Assembly (NCBI GenBank): GCA_000004695.1
Contig: CM000155.2
Coordinates: 896,001 to 960,000, forward strand
Length of the DNA: 64,000 bases
Origin: Dictyostelium discoideum
Lineage: Eukaryota
Direction of reading: 5' to 3'
Part shown: positions 13,860-30,085 of the stretch, in pieces
How positions within the stretch are numbered: position 1 is the first letter of the stretch
Layout: each line of letters starts with the position of its first letter
The notes under the pieces: generated by a model
What the model was told of the DNA's origin: nothing
The model's input: the letters and a program-made list of their open reading frames with translations, nothing else
Database searches by the model: none
Translations under genes and position numbers: made by a program

Positions 13860-15014
13860 AATGGACTAATCTTATAATTTTTAAACCACTATATTGGGAA
13901 AAGTGTTAAAATTAGCAACCCAAAGAAATCTTGAATTGATGGGTCATCTTGTAGGGGGTAGTGTGTATGAACCAATTAATAAGTGAATTTGACATGTCTA
14001 TTTGTATATTTTTTTATAAATTCATTGTTTCAAATTCCTGGAAAGTCGTATAATTCACTCATGTCCGAGTGATATTGAGTTATAATAATTTGATTTAATA
14101 AATTGAAATCAATTTGAATGTTTATATTTAATATTGAATGAAAAATAGAAAAATATTGAGATTTATTAAATATGGACATGGATTATTCAAACCTATCAAA
14201 ATACATTAGTATTGAAAAAACTGGAAATAGGAGGTGTGGCCATAAATAATTTTTTTTTTTTTTTTTTTGTGTGATAGTATATGTTCAGTTCACAAAAACA
14301 ATTGAAAATATCCTGGCACTAACAATAGCTTTAAAAAAAAAAAAAAAAAATTGGATAAAATATTAAAAAGATGGATATCCATTTTGGATAATTAAAAAAA
14401 ATATGGATGGATAAAGATAATCAAAAAAGACACTTTTTATCCAAAAATGGATATAGGTAAAACACTAGTTTATTAGGAGGAATTTTAGGAGGGAATAAAG
14501 GTTTACTTGGTGGTTTATTAGGTGGTTTTCCAAATGCAAATTTTGGTATCAATGTTGAAAAACTAAAAAAAAAAAAAAAAAAAAAAAAAACCAACCTTTA
14601 CTAAATAAAATTATAACATTACTACTATTTCATAAGCATTCATTTTTTAAAAAATAAAAAAAAATATTTAAAATAAATTATAATAATTTTAAAAAACGTT
14701 GATGATTTTAAAAAATAATTAAAAAAATAAAAAAAAGATAAAAAAATGATTATTTCATGATATATCAATGAAATTAAAGTAATAATTAAGAAAAGACAAA
14801 AAGCTGTGTTTAAAAAAAAAAAAAAAAAAAACAGAAAAATCAATTCTTGATATTTTATCAAAATAAAAAAATATTTGACACAAAAAAAAAAAAAAAAATC
14901 ATAATGAAAATAAAAAAAAACAAAAAAAAAGTTATAATACTAATAATAATAATAATAATAATAATAGTAATAATAATATAATAATAATAGTAGTAATAAT
15001 ATAATAATAATAAA

Positions 15015-15258
15015 ATGTCTACAACCAATACAAATAATTTATTTTCATATGAAAAATATACGAAACCTGAAGGTTATGATTATGATGAATGTGATGATTC
15101 CTCTGATGGCAGTGATGGTAATGATTATCTAGATAATGAATCTTTCACAGTAAACAAAAATTATAAAAATAATGGTGGTGGTAGTGGCATTTCAAAACCA
15201 AAAAAGAAACAACCATCGCAACCATTGCAAGAACAAGAACAACAACAACAAGAACAAG

Positions 15259-15329
<71 letters not shown>

Positions 15330-15794
15330 ACATTAGAAACTTCAGAAAATTTAACAACAACAACAGAGAAATCATCAAAAACTAATAAAAAACAAAACAA
15401 ACATGAAGAATTAAATGAAACAATAGAAGAAACAAATAAAACAAAGAAATTAACAAAATCAGAGGTACAATCAATTATAGATGATGAAATTGAAAATAAG
15501 AAAAAAGAGAGGTTACCTTCAAGTGAAGAAGTTTATAACCGTATTTTATATGACCATTTATTAAAGGATAAAATGGATGATTTTACCATATTCTATGAAG
15601 ATCGTTTCGATGGTTTAAAGAAAGCTGCTTTTAAATCTTTCGAATTTGGTGTTGTACCCTTACATAGAATTAAAAAATTTAGTTATTTAAATACAATAGT
15701 TTGGGATCGTACCGAAAGAATTTATGATTTCTCAATATTTGATTGTATTAATAATAATAATAATGAAAATAATGAAAATAATGAAAATATATAA
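15015..15794 (+). CDS. Poly-Q protein with a C-terminal MJ1316 (DUF504) RNA-cyclic-end-recognition-like domain
   Basis: Single ORF. The C-terminal block SEEVYNRILYDHLLKDKMDDFTIFYEDRFDGLKKAAFKSFEFGVVPLHRIKKFSYLNTIVWDRTERIYDF fits the MJ1316 pattern (..Y.DRF.G..E..F..F.....IP.HRI..F.....IVWDR..R.D). Upstream there is a (CAA)n poly-Q tract at 15240..15330. Confidence 0.5.
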
Positions 15795-15882
15795 ATAAAT
15801 TAAAAAAAAAAAATATATATTCATTTATTTATTCATTCATTATTTAATTTTACACATTATTTTTTTTTTTTTATTTTTATTT

Positions 15883-15932
15883 TTAGTAAGCATAGATTCT
15901 AGTATGTCTTCTTGAATCGCAACTACTATTAC

Positions 15933-16007
<75 letters not shown>

Positions 16008-17067
16008 CGTGACTATTGTTATTATTGTTGTTATTGTTATCATTATTATTATTATTTGTGTTGAAAATTTCATTACTTGAGGAAGTGATAGTTGTAGAAG
16101 AAATTTGTTGTAATTGTTGAATTTCTTGTTTCATTAAAAATAATTTATAATTGTTTTTATTCCTAAAGTGAGGTGGAGGAGAATTTGATTCACTCTTTGA
16201 TGAAGTAAACATACCAGTGAATTCTATATTATCGTGAATTCTAAGTACATGTAATTGTAATGAATCTTGTTGTAAATTTTGATCATCTTGTTGAATTTTC
16301 ATTCCATTACTAGAATTATTATTATTATTATTATTGTTTAGTTTATGTTGATTATTATTTTGATTATTATTTAAAGTTAAAGTATAGATGAAAGACCAAC
16401 CACTATCACCACCTGTTAATTTAAATTTTAAAGATTGACCATTAAAAGAGATAAATTCAGCCTCAAATTTATTTTTAGTATATTCAACGATGAAATTTAA
16501 ACCGTTGAAAGAGACTTTGGTTGAATTTAAAACTTGAACATCACACCACTGTTCGTGCCATGTACCAATGAATTGTGAAACTGATTTAATGGTTTGTAAT
16601 TCTTGAATGTAAACTTGTTTACATTGTTGAGTGTTTAATAGTTTTGGAAATTCATTCAATTGGAAATGATAACAAAAATTGAATCGAATCATTGGATAAA
16701 ATCCTCTCCATATCCAATCATCTTCTGCTAACACTCTAAATGAATAACAAACTCTACTTAAACAACATAATTCTATTGGTGTTAAATATGATAAAATATA
16801 TAATAATATATCATATGGTAATTCTTCACAAATTGTTAAATTTCTTTTTTTTGAATCTAAAAATAGAAAAAAAAAATGAAAAAAAAAAAAAAAAAAAATG
16901 AAAAAAAAAAAATAAAAATAGAAAAATAATAAAAAAAAGGGTTAGTTGGTAATTATTTAATTATTTATTTTTATTTTTATTTTTTTATTTTTATTTTTAT
17001 TGGTCAATAAAAAATTATTTTAATAATTACTATAGCAATATAAATTTTCTTTCATTATAATATCCAT
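15883..17067 (-). CDS. F-box protein. Proposed two exons: 17067..17031, 16856..15883
   Basis: The large exon opens with an F-box (EELPYDILLYILSYLTPIELCCLSRVCYSFRVLAEDDWIWRG), but no ATG precedes it in frame; the track 'M' is a GTG. The sequence before it is tttttag|ATTCAAAAAAAAG. A 37-nt micro-exon ATGGATATTATAATGAAAGAAAATTTATATTGCTATA with a GTAATT donor at 17030 joins in phase 1 across a 174-nt T-rich intron, giving MDIIMKENLYCYNSKKRNLTICEELPYD... Confidence 0.45.
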
Positions 17068-17099
17068 TTTTGAAATAACAATAATAATAATTTTCCAAT

Positions 17100-17131
<32 letters not shown>

Positions 17132-17707
17132 GTTGAATAGAAAAATAAAATTAAAAAAAAAAAAACAAAAACAAAAAGGAAATTAAAAAGACCTTTGTTT
17201 TTTTTTATATAATTAATATATTTTTATATTTTTTAAAAAATTATTTATTTAATTTTTTCAATTTTTTTTTTTTTTTATATAATTATTTTTTTATAATTCT
17301 AAAAAGAAAAAAAAAAAAAAAAAAGTTTGGGGTGGGGAAAAAGGAGGTGTTTTTTTTTGGGGTGAAAGGGAAAAAAAAAAAAAAAGGGGTGGTTAAGGAT
17401 AAAAAAAGCCCCCATGTGAGTAATGGGACAAGTTGGTTGGATTTTTAAAGTTTTGTTATAATTAATTATACCAATAATATTAAACCTTTTTTTTTGAATT
17501 CCTGTATTTATAAAACAAAAACAAAAAAAAAAAACAAAAAAAAAAAAAATTTTTGGATAAAAAAAAAAAAAAAAAAATAGAAAGAAAAAAAAATAAAAAA
17601 ATAAAAAAACAAACTATTAACTACCTCTCACTCAATAATAATTTTAATGGGGAAAATAAAAATTCAGTTTGACATAAATGCTTTTTTTTTTTTTTTTTTT
17701 TTTTTAA

Positions 17708-17749
<42 letters not shown>

Positions 17750-19090
17750 ACTAACGACATTTTTTTTTTAAAATAATGTAGAGTATTTAAATATGGAAAC
17801 AAATAAATATGTTTTTTTTTTTTTTTTTTTTTTTTTTAAACAGCCTGTTGCTTGCTTCTTTTTTTCCAATTTTTTTTTTTTTCAAATTCAATTCATTAAT
17901 CTGTTTAGTAAAACTCAAATTCAATTTTTTATAAATATCTTACTTCTCAATAAATATAATTTTATTGATATAAACATAAAAAAATAAATAAAATAAAAAT
18001 AATTTTTAAAATAATTATCTGTTTTCATTGAATTTATTTTATTTTATTTTATTTTATTTTTTTCATTTTTTGATATTTTTTTTTTTTTTAATATTTTATT
18101 TGTTAAAAAACAATCTATAAATTCTAAAATTAGTTTGTATTGTTTATATAATTATTTAAAAATAAATACCAATAATTATTAAAATTCCATTTTCAATTTT
18201 CAAAAATCATTTTTATTAGATTGAATGTAAATATTAAAATAAAATAAAAAAAAAAAAATAAAAAAAAGAAAAAGAAAAAAAAAATAAAAAAAAAAAGAAA
18301 AAAAAAACACACAGAGATTTTTTTATTTTTTTATTTTTTGTATTGATAAAAAAAAAAAAAAAAAAACAAAAAACAAAAAACAAAAAACAAATTATAATCA
18401 AAACAATTGCATTTCTTTTCATTTTTTAAAATATTTTGGTATTTTTGTTTTGTTTTTATTCAATTTTTGTAAGAATTTCTTTTACGAGGATTTTTTTTAA
18501 AAACAGATTGAATTTGGTAAAAAAAAAAAAGTACTTTTTTTTAAACAATTAAAATATTGTGATTAGAGTTTTAATCCTTAAAAAAGATTTTTTGAAATTA
18601 ATATTTTGATAAATTTTTATAAATCTATTCCTATTACTAAATTAGTTTATTTTATTTTATTTCGATTTTGATTTTGAATTTTTTTTTTTTTTTTTTTTTT
18701 TTTCCAAATTAATTTAATAATTTTCATTTTTTTAAAATCATATTATTTTTATAAAAAGGATCATTTTTATTATTATTTTTATTTATTTCAATAATAATAA
18801 GGGGATAAAAATATAAATTTCTTTTTTAGGATTTTAATTTAATATTGTCTAAATAAAGACCCAAAAATGAATAAAAATAATATTAATTCTAAATAAAAAA
18901 AAATTTGTTTTAAACAACATGTTTTTATTTTTTTATTTTTTTTATTTTTTTTTTCAATTTTTTTTTTTTTATTTTTTTGAATTTTTATTTTTTATTTTTT
19001 TTAAAAAAAAGCAAACTTATTATAAAAATTTATTTCATTCTTTCAATACGCGCCAAAATTTTCTTTTTTTTTTTTTTTAAACAAAAGTAA

Positions 19091-19703
19091 ATGAAAGAAG
19101 ATAAAATAAATAGAGTTTTAAATTGCAATTATAAAGAGTTTTTAGAAATATATAAAGATGAAAGTAGTCAAAATGATTATCATTTAAAAAGAGGCGATAT
19201 AAATATAAAATTTACAAATTGGGCACAACAGACAACAACATCATCATCATCATCATTATCAACTACAACACAAACTGTGAATGAAGAAAGAACTATTATA
19301 TTTCAAGCACCAATAAATGCACCACAATCTGTATTAAAAATTATTGGAAAAAATGCAACTACAATCAATGAAAAACAAAAGTTATCAATTAATCATAAAC
19401 AATCAAGTATACATATTCAAACTTTCTATCAACCAGATATTATGGGTGAATATTTTAGTGTTGAAACTGAATGGTTTCTTAACACAATCGACAATGAAAA
19501 ATGTTCATTAGAACTTTCAATTCGTGTAACTTTTAATATGACATTTGTTGGTAACCTCTTTGAAGTTTTCATTATTAAAGCTGCTTCAGAATCTGCTCTT
19601 CAATATGTTGATATTGTTGAAGAGTTTTTAATGAAATTAAATAAAGAAAAACAATTAAAACAACAACAACAATTATTACAACAGCAACAACAACAACAAA
19701 AAT

Positions 19704-19756
<53 letters not shown>

Positions 19757-20243
19757 CTACAACAACTACAACAACTACAACAACAACATAAAAAACAAAA
19801 TAAAAAAGGATTAAAGCAACAAAATAAAAATAAAAATAAAAATAATAATATTAATAATAATAATAATAATAATAATCAAATAGTTCAAAAGTTACCACAA
19901 GAACCATATGAAAATTGGACAGTAGATTGTAATGTTGATCAAGTAAAGAAAGATTTGAATGTACATTTAGATAATTTAAAATTAAATTCATTGAATGCGT
20001 CTCAAGGTTTATTAAAAGTAGAAATTTCAATATCAGAAATGAAATCTGAGCAACAATTACAAATACAACAATTACAATTACAACAGCAACAACACCAACT
20101 ATTACAACAGCAACAACAACAACAACATCAACAACAAAATGTAAATAATTCATCCTTAAACTCAACATCAACAAGTGGAGACTCATCTACATCATTTTTA
20201 TCACCTTATAACCTTGGTTTAACTTCAAATAGAATAAATCATC

Positions 20244-20322
<79 letters not shown>

Positions 20323-20366
20323 GCAACAATTACATATTTACCAACAGCAACAATTACATATATACC

Positions 20367-20402
<36 letters not shown>

Positions 20403-20505
20403 ATAATCATCAACAATTACAAATTTATCAAAAGCAACAACACCACCACCAACAATATCATATGCATAATCAACAACGGTTACAAATTGAAGGTAATAAT
20501 AATAA

Positions 20506-20580
<75 letters not shown>

Positions 20581-20881
20581 TAATAATATGGATATGAATA
20601 TGAACAATATAAATATATCAAACATTTTAACAGAGATAGAATATAATAATAGAGCATTAAAAGAACAAAGATTGGTTTCTGAAGAAAGGATTGAGGAAGA
20701 GATTGAATCAATCTCTCAATATTTCGATGATATGGTGAAGTTACAAGAAGAAAGTAAACCTTGGTTCCCATCTTTTATTAATATTTCTTCTGTAATTATT
20801 GCTTTAGCTGTAATTTTATCATTATTTTCAAAAAGACCTATAATTCAAAAACAATTATTAAATCAAAGAAATAAAATATAA
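19091..20881 (+). CDS. Tail-anchored poly-Q protein with a possible VASt/Aster-like lipid-transfer-type beta-rich domain
   Basis: 596-aa ORF. The N-terminal 200 aa (ERTIIFQAPINAPQSVLKII...YFSVETEWFLNTIDNEKCSLELSIRVTFNMTFVGNLFEVFIIKAASESALQYVDIVEEFL) have a strand-rich pattern reminiscent of VASt domains. Long CAA/CAG poly-Q runs follow, then a C-terminal TM (WFPSFINISSVIIALAVILSLFS). Confidence 0.45.
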
Positions 20882-20887
20882 TTTAAA

Positions 20888-20923
<36 letters not shown>

Positions 20924-21760
20924 AAGAATTAAGAATTAAGAATTAAAAAAATAAATTATAAAAAAAAAAAAAAAAAAATTAATTGCAAATTATAATTAAA
21001 TATATCCATAATATTTATTGGTTTATTTATTGTCAATTTTAATTAATGTTTATTTTTTTTTTTTTTTTTTTTTTATCGTTTTTGGAATAATTTTTTATTT
21101 TAATTTTAATTCTTTTAGATATAATAAATTAAAAAAAAATCCTATTTATAAGAAATATAAAATTACCAATAAAAAAAAAATTTTTTAAGAAAAGAACATT
21201 GTTTTAAGAAAATTTAAGCCATTTCAATCAATAAAACCATTTTCAAATCCGATTTTTTTTTAATTTTTTTTTTTATTTTTTTTTTTTTTTAATTGGATAA
21301 AAATAAATTAATCGAGTGTCAAATTTTAAAATTTAATATTTTTTTTTTTTTTATTTTTTTTTTTTTTGGGGTAACAATTGTATATAATTTTTTTTTTTTT
21401 TTATTTTTTTTAAAAAAAAAAAACCAATATTCACACACCAATAAACAAACACATAAATTGTTATATATATATATATACAAAAAACACATTTATGTGTGGT
21501 TTTGTTATTTATTAGTATTAAAATATTTTTTTAAAAATAATAATTTTTTTTTTTTTTTTATAAATAAAATACATATACAAAACAACGACAAAATTAATTT
21601 TAAAATAATTTCATATTAACATTTCAATTCATTTAAAATTATATTAATATCCAACACTTTTTTTTTCTTAAAAAAAAAAATAATATAAAAAAAAAATTAA
21701 ATAAATAAACTATAATTAACATTTGTGTTTTAAATTATTACTTTCACATTCATTTGTGGA

Positions 21761-21764
<4 letters not shown>

Positions 21765-21791
<27 letters not shown>

Positions 21792-21815
21792 CAAAACAAA
21801 ACAAAACAAAACAAA
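21765..21815. repeat. (CAAAA)n pentanucleotide microsatellite followed by (AAAAAAAT)n, just upstream of the DENN gene
   Basis: aacaaaacaaaacaaaacaaaacaaaacaaaacaaaacaaaacaaaa, then repeated aaaaaaat units through about 21870. Confidence 0.8.
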
Positions 21816-21875
21816 AAAAATAAAAAAATAAAAAAATAAAAAAATAAAAAAAATAAAAAAAAAATAAAAATAATT

Positions 21876-25680
<3,805 letters not shown>

Positions 25681-25790
25681 AAAAAAAAAAAAAAAAAAAA
25701 AAACTTTGTATATGTATATAATAAAGATACTATTTATTTTTTTAATTAAATAAAAAAAAAAAAAATATTTAAAATTAATTTATTCTTTTT

Positions 25791-27035
25791 TTATTTATCA
25801 CTTTCTTTTCCATCTTCTCTTTCATCTTCTTTTTCATCTTCTTTTTCATTTTCATCATGATTATTTTGTTTTGGATTTTCTTTATTTTTCTTTTTTGGTG
25901 TTGGTTGAAGTAAACCTGCTAATCCAACTAAATTAAATCTTTTACATTCATTATAATTTGAAACAATTGAAACTCCACAATAAAACTAAAATAATAATAA
26001 TAATTAATAATTAATTAATAATTAATAATTAATAATTTTATAAAATAAAAATAAAGAAATAAATAAAAATACCAACTTTTATAATTTCAATAATAATTGT
26101 TAATTCTGGATTATTTAAATCAACTTTATGATTTGGATTAATTAATTTTGCAATTTCTTGAATATATTCCATTTTATTAATTTTTTCATTATTTCTGGAT
26201 TTAAATTCAATTTTATATTTTATAATTTTTTCTATTGGATCACAAAAATATTTATCAATTAAAATTTTAATTTCTTCCATCATATTTGATAAATGAATAA
26301 ATTTTGAAATTGGTATAAGTCTTGAAATTTCTCTTATTTATAAAAAATTATAAAAAATAAAAAATAAAAAATAAAATAAATAAAATAAATAATGAATATA
26401 AAGTTATTAAGTTAATTTTTATAATTATTATTATTTTTTGAAAAAAAAAAAAAAGGAAATTTTTACTTTGTTTTTAAAGTTTTTGAAGTTTCACAATCTT
26501 TAAAAATTCTTGAAGTTAAAGAAATTGGGTCAATATTTGAATTTTCTTTAAATGCCATAAATGCAATACCATTACATTTTAATGTATATTTTTTATATGG
26601 TGCTGATTTACCTGTAGTTTCTTTAACTTGTTGTAATTCTTGTTCAAATGCTTTATTAAAATCAAAATCATCATTATTATCATTTTTATTATTATTATTA
26701 TTATTATTTTCATTAACATATTCATTTAATAAATTATATAAATCTTTTGTTGCTTGAACTTCTCTACCATTACCAAATGTAAAAAGTAATCCTGGTTGAC
26801 CAAATATTGGATCATTTAAAACGGCTTTTGATGGTTTTAATGTTGATGGTAATGATGATTCTTCTTTTTCTTCTTTTTTTTTACCTTTTTTACTTTTTTC
26901 TTTATTCTCTAATTCCACTTCATCTTTTTTTTCTTCTTCTTCTTCTTTTTCATTATCTTTTAATTTCTTTTTATTTTCATCATTTTCATCATTTTCATTT
27001 TCAATTTTTCTTTTTAATTCATTATTTTCTGACAT
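25791..27035 (-). CDS. thumpd1: THUMP domain-containing protein 1 (THUMPD1) homolog. Three exons: 27035..26467, 26332..26077, 25985..25791
   Basis: Exon 1 has an acidic/lysine-rich N-terminus, then GLLFTFGNGREVQATKDLYNLLNEY and KKYTLKCNGIAFMAFKENS..ISLTSRIFKDCETSKTLKTK. Exon 2 encodes EISRLIPISKFIHLSNMMEEIKILIDKYFCDPI...IEFKSRNNEKINKMEYIQEIAKLINPNHKVDLNNPELTIIIEIIK. Exon 3 encodes FYCGVSIVSNYNECKRFNL. All three are collinear with human THUMPD1 (GIFVTCNMNERKCVEEAYSLLNEY; LPISGTCKAF; IVYKSRNNSHVNREEVIRELAGIVCTLNSENKVDLTNPQYTVVVEIIKAVCCLSVVKDYMLFRKYNL). Donor GTAAAA at 26466 (phase 2), acceptor AAG at 26335..26333. Donor GTTGGT at 26076 (weak, phase 0), acceptor TAG at 25988..25986. Confidence 0.65.
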
Positions 27036-27282
27036 AATTATTTCTGTTTTTTTTTTTTTTTTTTCCTAAAATTATAACCAAAAAATTAAAATAAGAATAA
27101 AAAAATAAAAAAAATGAAAAAATGAAAAAAATGATCGTTTTTTTTGTTTACAAAAAAAAAAAAACTTTTTTTTTTTTTTTTTTTTTTTTTTAATCAAAAT
27201 TTTATATTATTTTCATCATTTTACATTTTTCTTTTTTTTTTTTAAATTATTATTTTTTTTAAAAAAAAAAAAAGAAAAAAAA

Positions 27283-28659
27283 ATGGAAAATGTAATTACA
27301 AATAATAATAAAGGATTACCAAAATCAATATTAAAATTTATACCAGAACCAATTCAACCATTATTTGAAAATCCATTTTTTTCAGCAGGTTTCGGATTGA
27401 TAGGTGTTGGTTCAATTTTAGCAATGGGTAGAAAAGGATTTCAACAAGCAATGATACAATCGAGAAGATATTTTTTTGTATCAGTAGAGGTACCAAGTAA
27501 AGATAAATCATTTCATTGGTTAATGGAATGGTTAGCAACTAAAAAGAATAAAAACACAAGACATGTTAGTGTTGAGACTACATTTCATCAACATGAATCT
27601 GGTGATATAGTATCAAGAATTAATTTTGTACCAAGTGTTGGTACACATTATGTATTTTATAGAGGTAGAGTTATAAAAGTTGAGCGTTCAAGAGAGAAGA
27701 ATGTAATAGATATGAATAGTGGTAATCTTTGGGAATCAATTACACTCACAACTTTAGGTACTGGTAGACAAGTTTTCCAAAATCTAATTGAAGAGGCAAA
27801 AGAGATGGCTTTAGAGAAAGAGGAGGGTAAAACTTTAATTTATACATCAATGGGCACCGATTGGAGAAGATTTGGCCACCCACGTAGAAAGAGACCCATT
27901 TCATCGGTCATTTTGGATAAAGGTAAATCGGAATTAATCATTCAAGATGTTAAGAAATTTTTAAATAATTCAGATTGGTACAATGATAGAGGTATTCCAT
28001 ATCGTCGTGGTTATCTTTTATATGGTCCACCAGGTACAGGTAAAAGTAGTTTTATCACTGCTTTAGCAGGTGAACTTCAATTAAGTATTTGTATACTAAA
28101 TCTTGCTGGTAAAAGTGTTAGTGACACTTCATTAAATCAATTATTAGCAACTGCACCACAAAGATCAATTATTTTATTAGAAGATATTGATTCTGCAATT
28201 CAAACTGGTAATCATGATTTATCAGCAAAAAGCAATTCTGCCAATGCACCTTCAATTTCATCAGGTGGATTACAATATCAAGGCTATTATGGCAATCCTT
28301 CAGTTAGTAGTGGTGGTTCTGCTTTAACTTTTAGTGGTTTATTAAATGCATTGGATGGTGTAGCCGCAAGTGAAGGACGTATTTTATTTATGACAACTAA
28401 TCATCTTGAAAAACTTGATAAAGTTTTAATTAGACCTGGTAGAGTTGATTTACAAATCGAAATTGGTTTATGTTCATCTTATCAAATGGAACAAATGTTT
28501 TTAAAATTTTATCCAACAGATTTCGATTTAGCGAAACAATTTGTTGAAAAACTTGAAAATTATAAATTTAGTCCTGCTCAACTTCAAGCTTACTTTATGA
28601 CTTATTCAAATAATTCAATTGAAGCAATTAATAATTTAAATGAATTAATAAAAAAATAA
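27283..28659 (+). CDS. bcs1l: Mitochondrial chaperone BCS1 (AAA-ATPase needed for Rieske Fe-S assembly into complex III)
   Basis: Single 458-aa ORF. It has an N-terminal TM/BCS1_N region, Walker A GPPGTGKSS, Walker B ILLEDID, and LNALDG...RILFMTTNH..LD.ALIRPGRVD. These are the characteristic BCS1 motifs. Confidence 0.85.
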   Translation: MENVITNNNKGLPKSILKFIPEPIQPLFENPFFSAGFGLIGVGSILAMGRKGFQQAMIQSRRYFFVSVEVPSKDKSFHWLMEWLATKKNKNTRHVSVETTFHQHESGDIVSRINFVPSVGTHYVFYRGRVIKVERSREKNVIDMNSGNLWESITLTTLGTGRQVFQNLIEEAKEMALEKEEGKTLIYTSMGTDWRRFGHPRRKRPISSVILDKGKSELIIQDVKKFLNNSDWYNDRGIPYRRGYLLYGPPGTGKSSFITALAGELQLSICILNLAGKSVSDTSLNQLLATAPQRSIILLEDIDSAIQTGNHDLSAKSNSANAPSISSGGLQYQGYYGNPSVSSGGSALTFSGLLNALDGVAASEGRILFMTTNHLEKLDKVLIRPGRVDLQIEIGLCSSYQMEQMFLKFYPTDFDLAKQFVEKLENYKFSPAQLQAYFMTYSNNSIEAINNLNELIKK

Positions 28660-29220
28660 TAAAATAAAATGAATGTAATCGTTCTATTTTATTTTTAGAA
28701 TTTAATTATATTCATTTTTTGTATTTGGTTTTTTTATTTTTAGGGAATATATTTTAAATAACTTTTATAAAATCAATATTCTCACAATTTTTCTTTTTTT
28801 TTTTTTTAATTTTTTTTTTTTTTTTTGAGTATTAATTCAAAAAAAAAATATATATATATATTTTATTAAATAATGGAATATATATATTTGATATACCAAT
28901 TGTTACCTATATTTGGTTATCAAGTTGTGTATAAAAATGAATAGCCTATCCATCTAAAAAGAGCTATAATTGGTGATCAAAACTTATTATTTTATTCCAC
29001 CCAATAAAACAAAATGATTTTATGGTTGTTAATTTTTTTTTTTTTTTTTTAAAAAACAATTGATTTTCATATTTTAATGATTGTCAATTTTATTGATTGT
29101 GTTTAGATTTTAAAATATTTTTTTTTTTTTTTTTGTTTTCTGTCTAAACACTTCAATTAAATATAAATTTATATCTTTGCTGTTTTCAATAAAAAAAGGA
29201 AGATTACCAAAAAAAAAAAA

Positions 29221-29438
29221 ATTATTATAAAATTGACTTTTTCTTTTTAAAAAAATTTATAAGAATAAAATGTGATTACAATAATACTATTATTTTTAAG
29301 AAATAAATTAAAAAAAAAAAAAAATAAAAAAAAAAAAAAAAAAATTATTATAAAATTGACTTTTTCTTTTTAAACAAATTTATTTATAAGAATAAAATGT
29401 GATTACAATAATATTATTATTTTTAAGAAATAAATTAT
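29221..29438. repeat. Tandem direct duplication, two copies of a unit of about 95 bp with a period of about 124 bp, in intergenic DNA
   Basis: 29221..29310 reads attattataaaattgactttttctttttaaaaaaatttataagaataaaatgtgattacaataatactattatttttaagaaataaatta. 29345..29438 repeats it with small differences (taaacaaatttattta, ataatatt). Confidence 0.8.
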
Positions 29439-30085
29439 AAAAAAAAAACTATAAAAAAAAAATAAAAAAAAAACAACCAATCGTTGTCTTGTATCTGTGA
29501 TTTCTTAAGATATTTGTTTTTATTGTTGACGTTATTGTTGTATGATGTTATATAGCGTCATGAACCATGCCCGGGTGAGGTTGAAAAAGATTTTGTTGTT
29601 GGTATGAAAATAAAAAAAAAAAATAAAAAAAATAATTGGGAATTGTTTTTTTTTTTTTTTTTTTTATAAATTAATTAATTCCACAAAAAAGTTTTTTCTC
29701 ATCGGTAAAATTTTCTTATCTATCGATTATCGTAATTTGATGTGACTCACGATTGAACAACAACCTTCGGTTTTTTTTTTTTTTTTTTTTTGTAAATACT
29801 TATTAAAAAAACGATTGTCAATTTTTTAGCAGATCAAGATTTTTCATTTGCAGATATAAGAATGATTCAAAAAAAAAAAAAAAAATCTTAATTTATTTAT
29901 TTTTAATTTTTTTTTTTTTTTTGTAAAATTAATTTTTTTTTTTTTTTTTTCTATAAATTTTCTTTACAAATGTTTTTTTTTTTTTTTTTCTTTAATAAAT
30001 TATTATTATTATTTTATTTATATAAGTATATATATAAAAAATAATTAATAAATTTATAAAAATATAAAAAAAAAAAAAAAAAAAA

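Noticed and set aside
17100-19090. Very long (about 2 kb) spacer with small ORFs (17793..17987, 18234..18422)
   Set aside because: They are translations of poly-T/poly-A runs (FFFFFF, KKKK). There is no splice or homology support; this is treated as intergenic.
20187-20771. 194-aa minus-strand ORF rich in V and Y
   Set aside because: It is the antisense reading of the CAA/CAG poly-Q region of the 19091..20881 gene.
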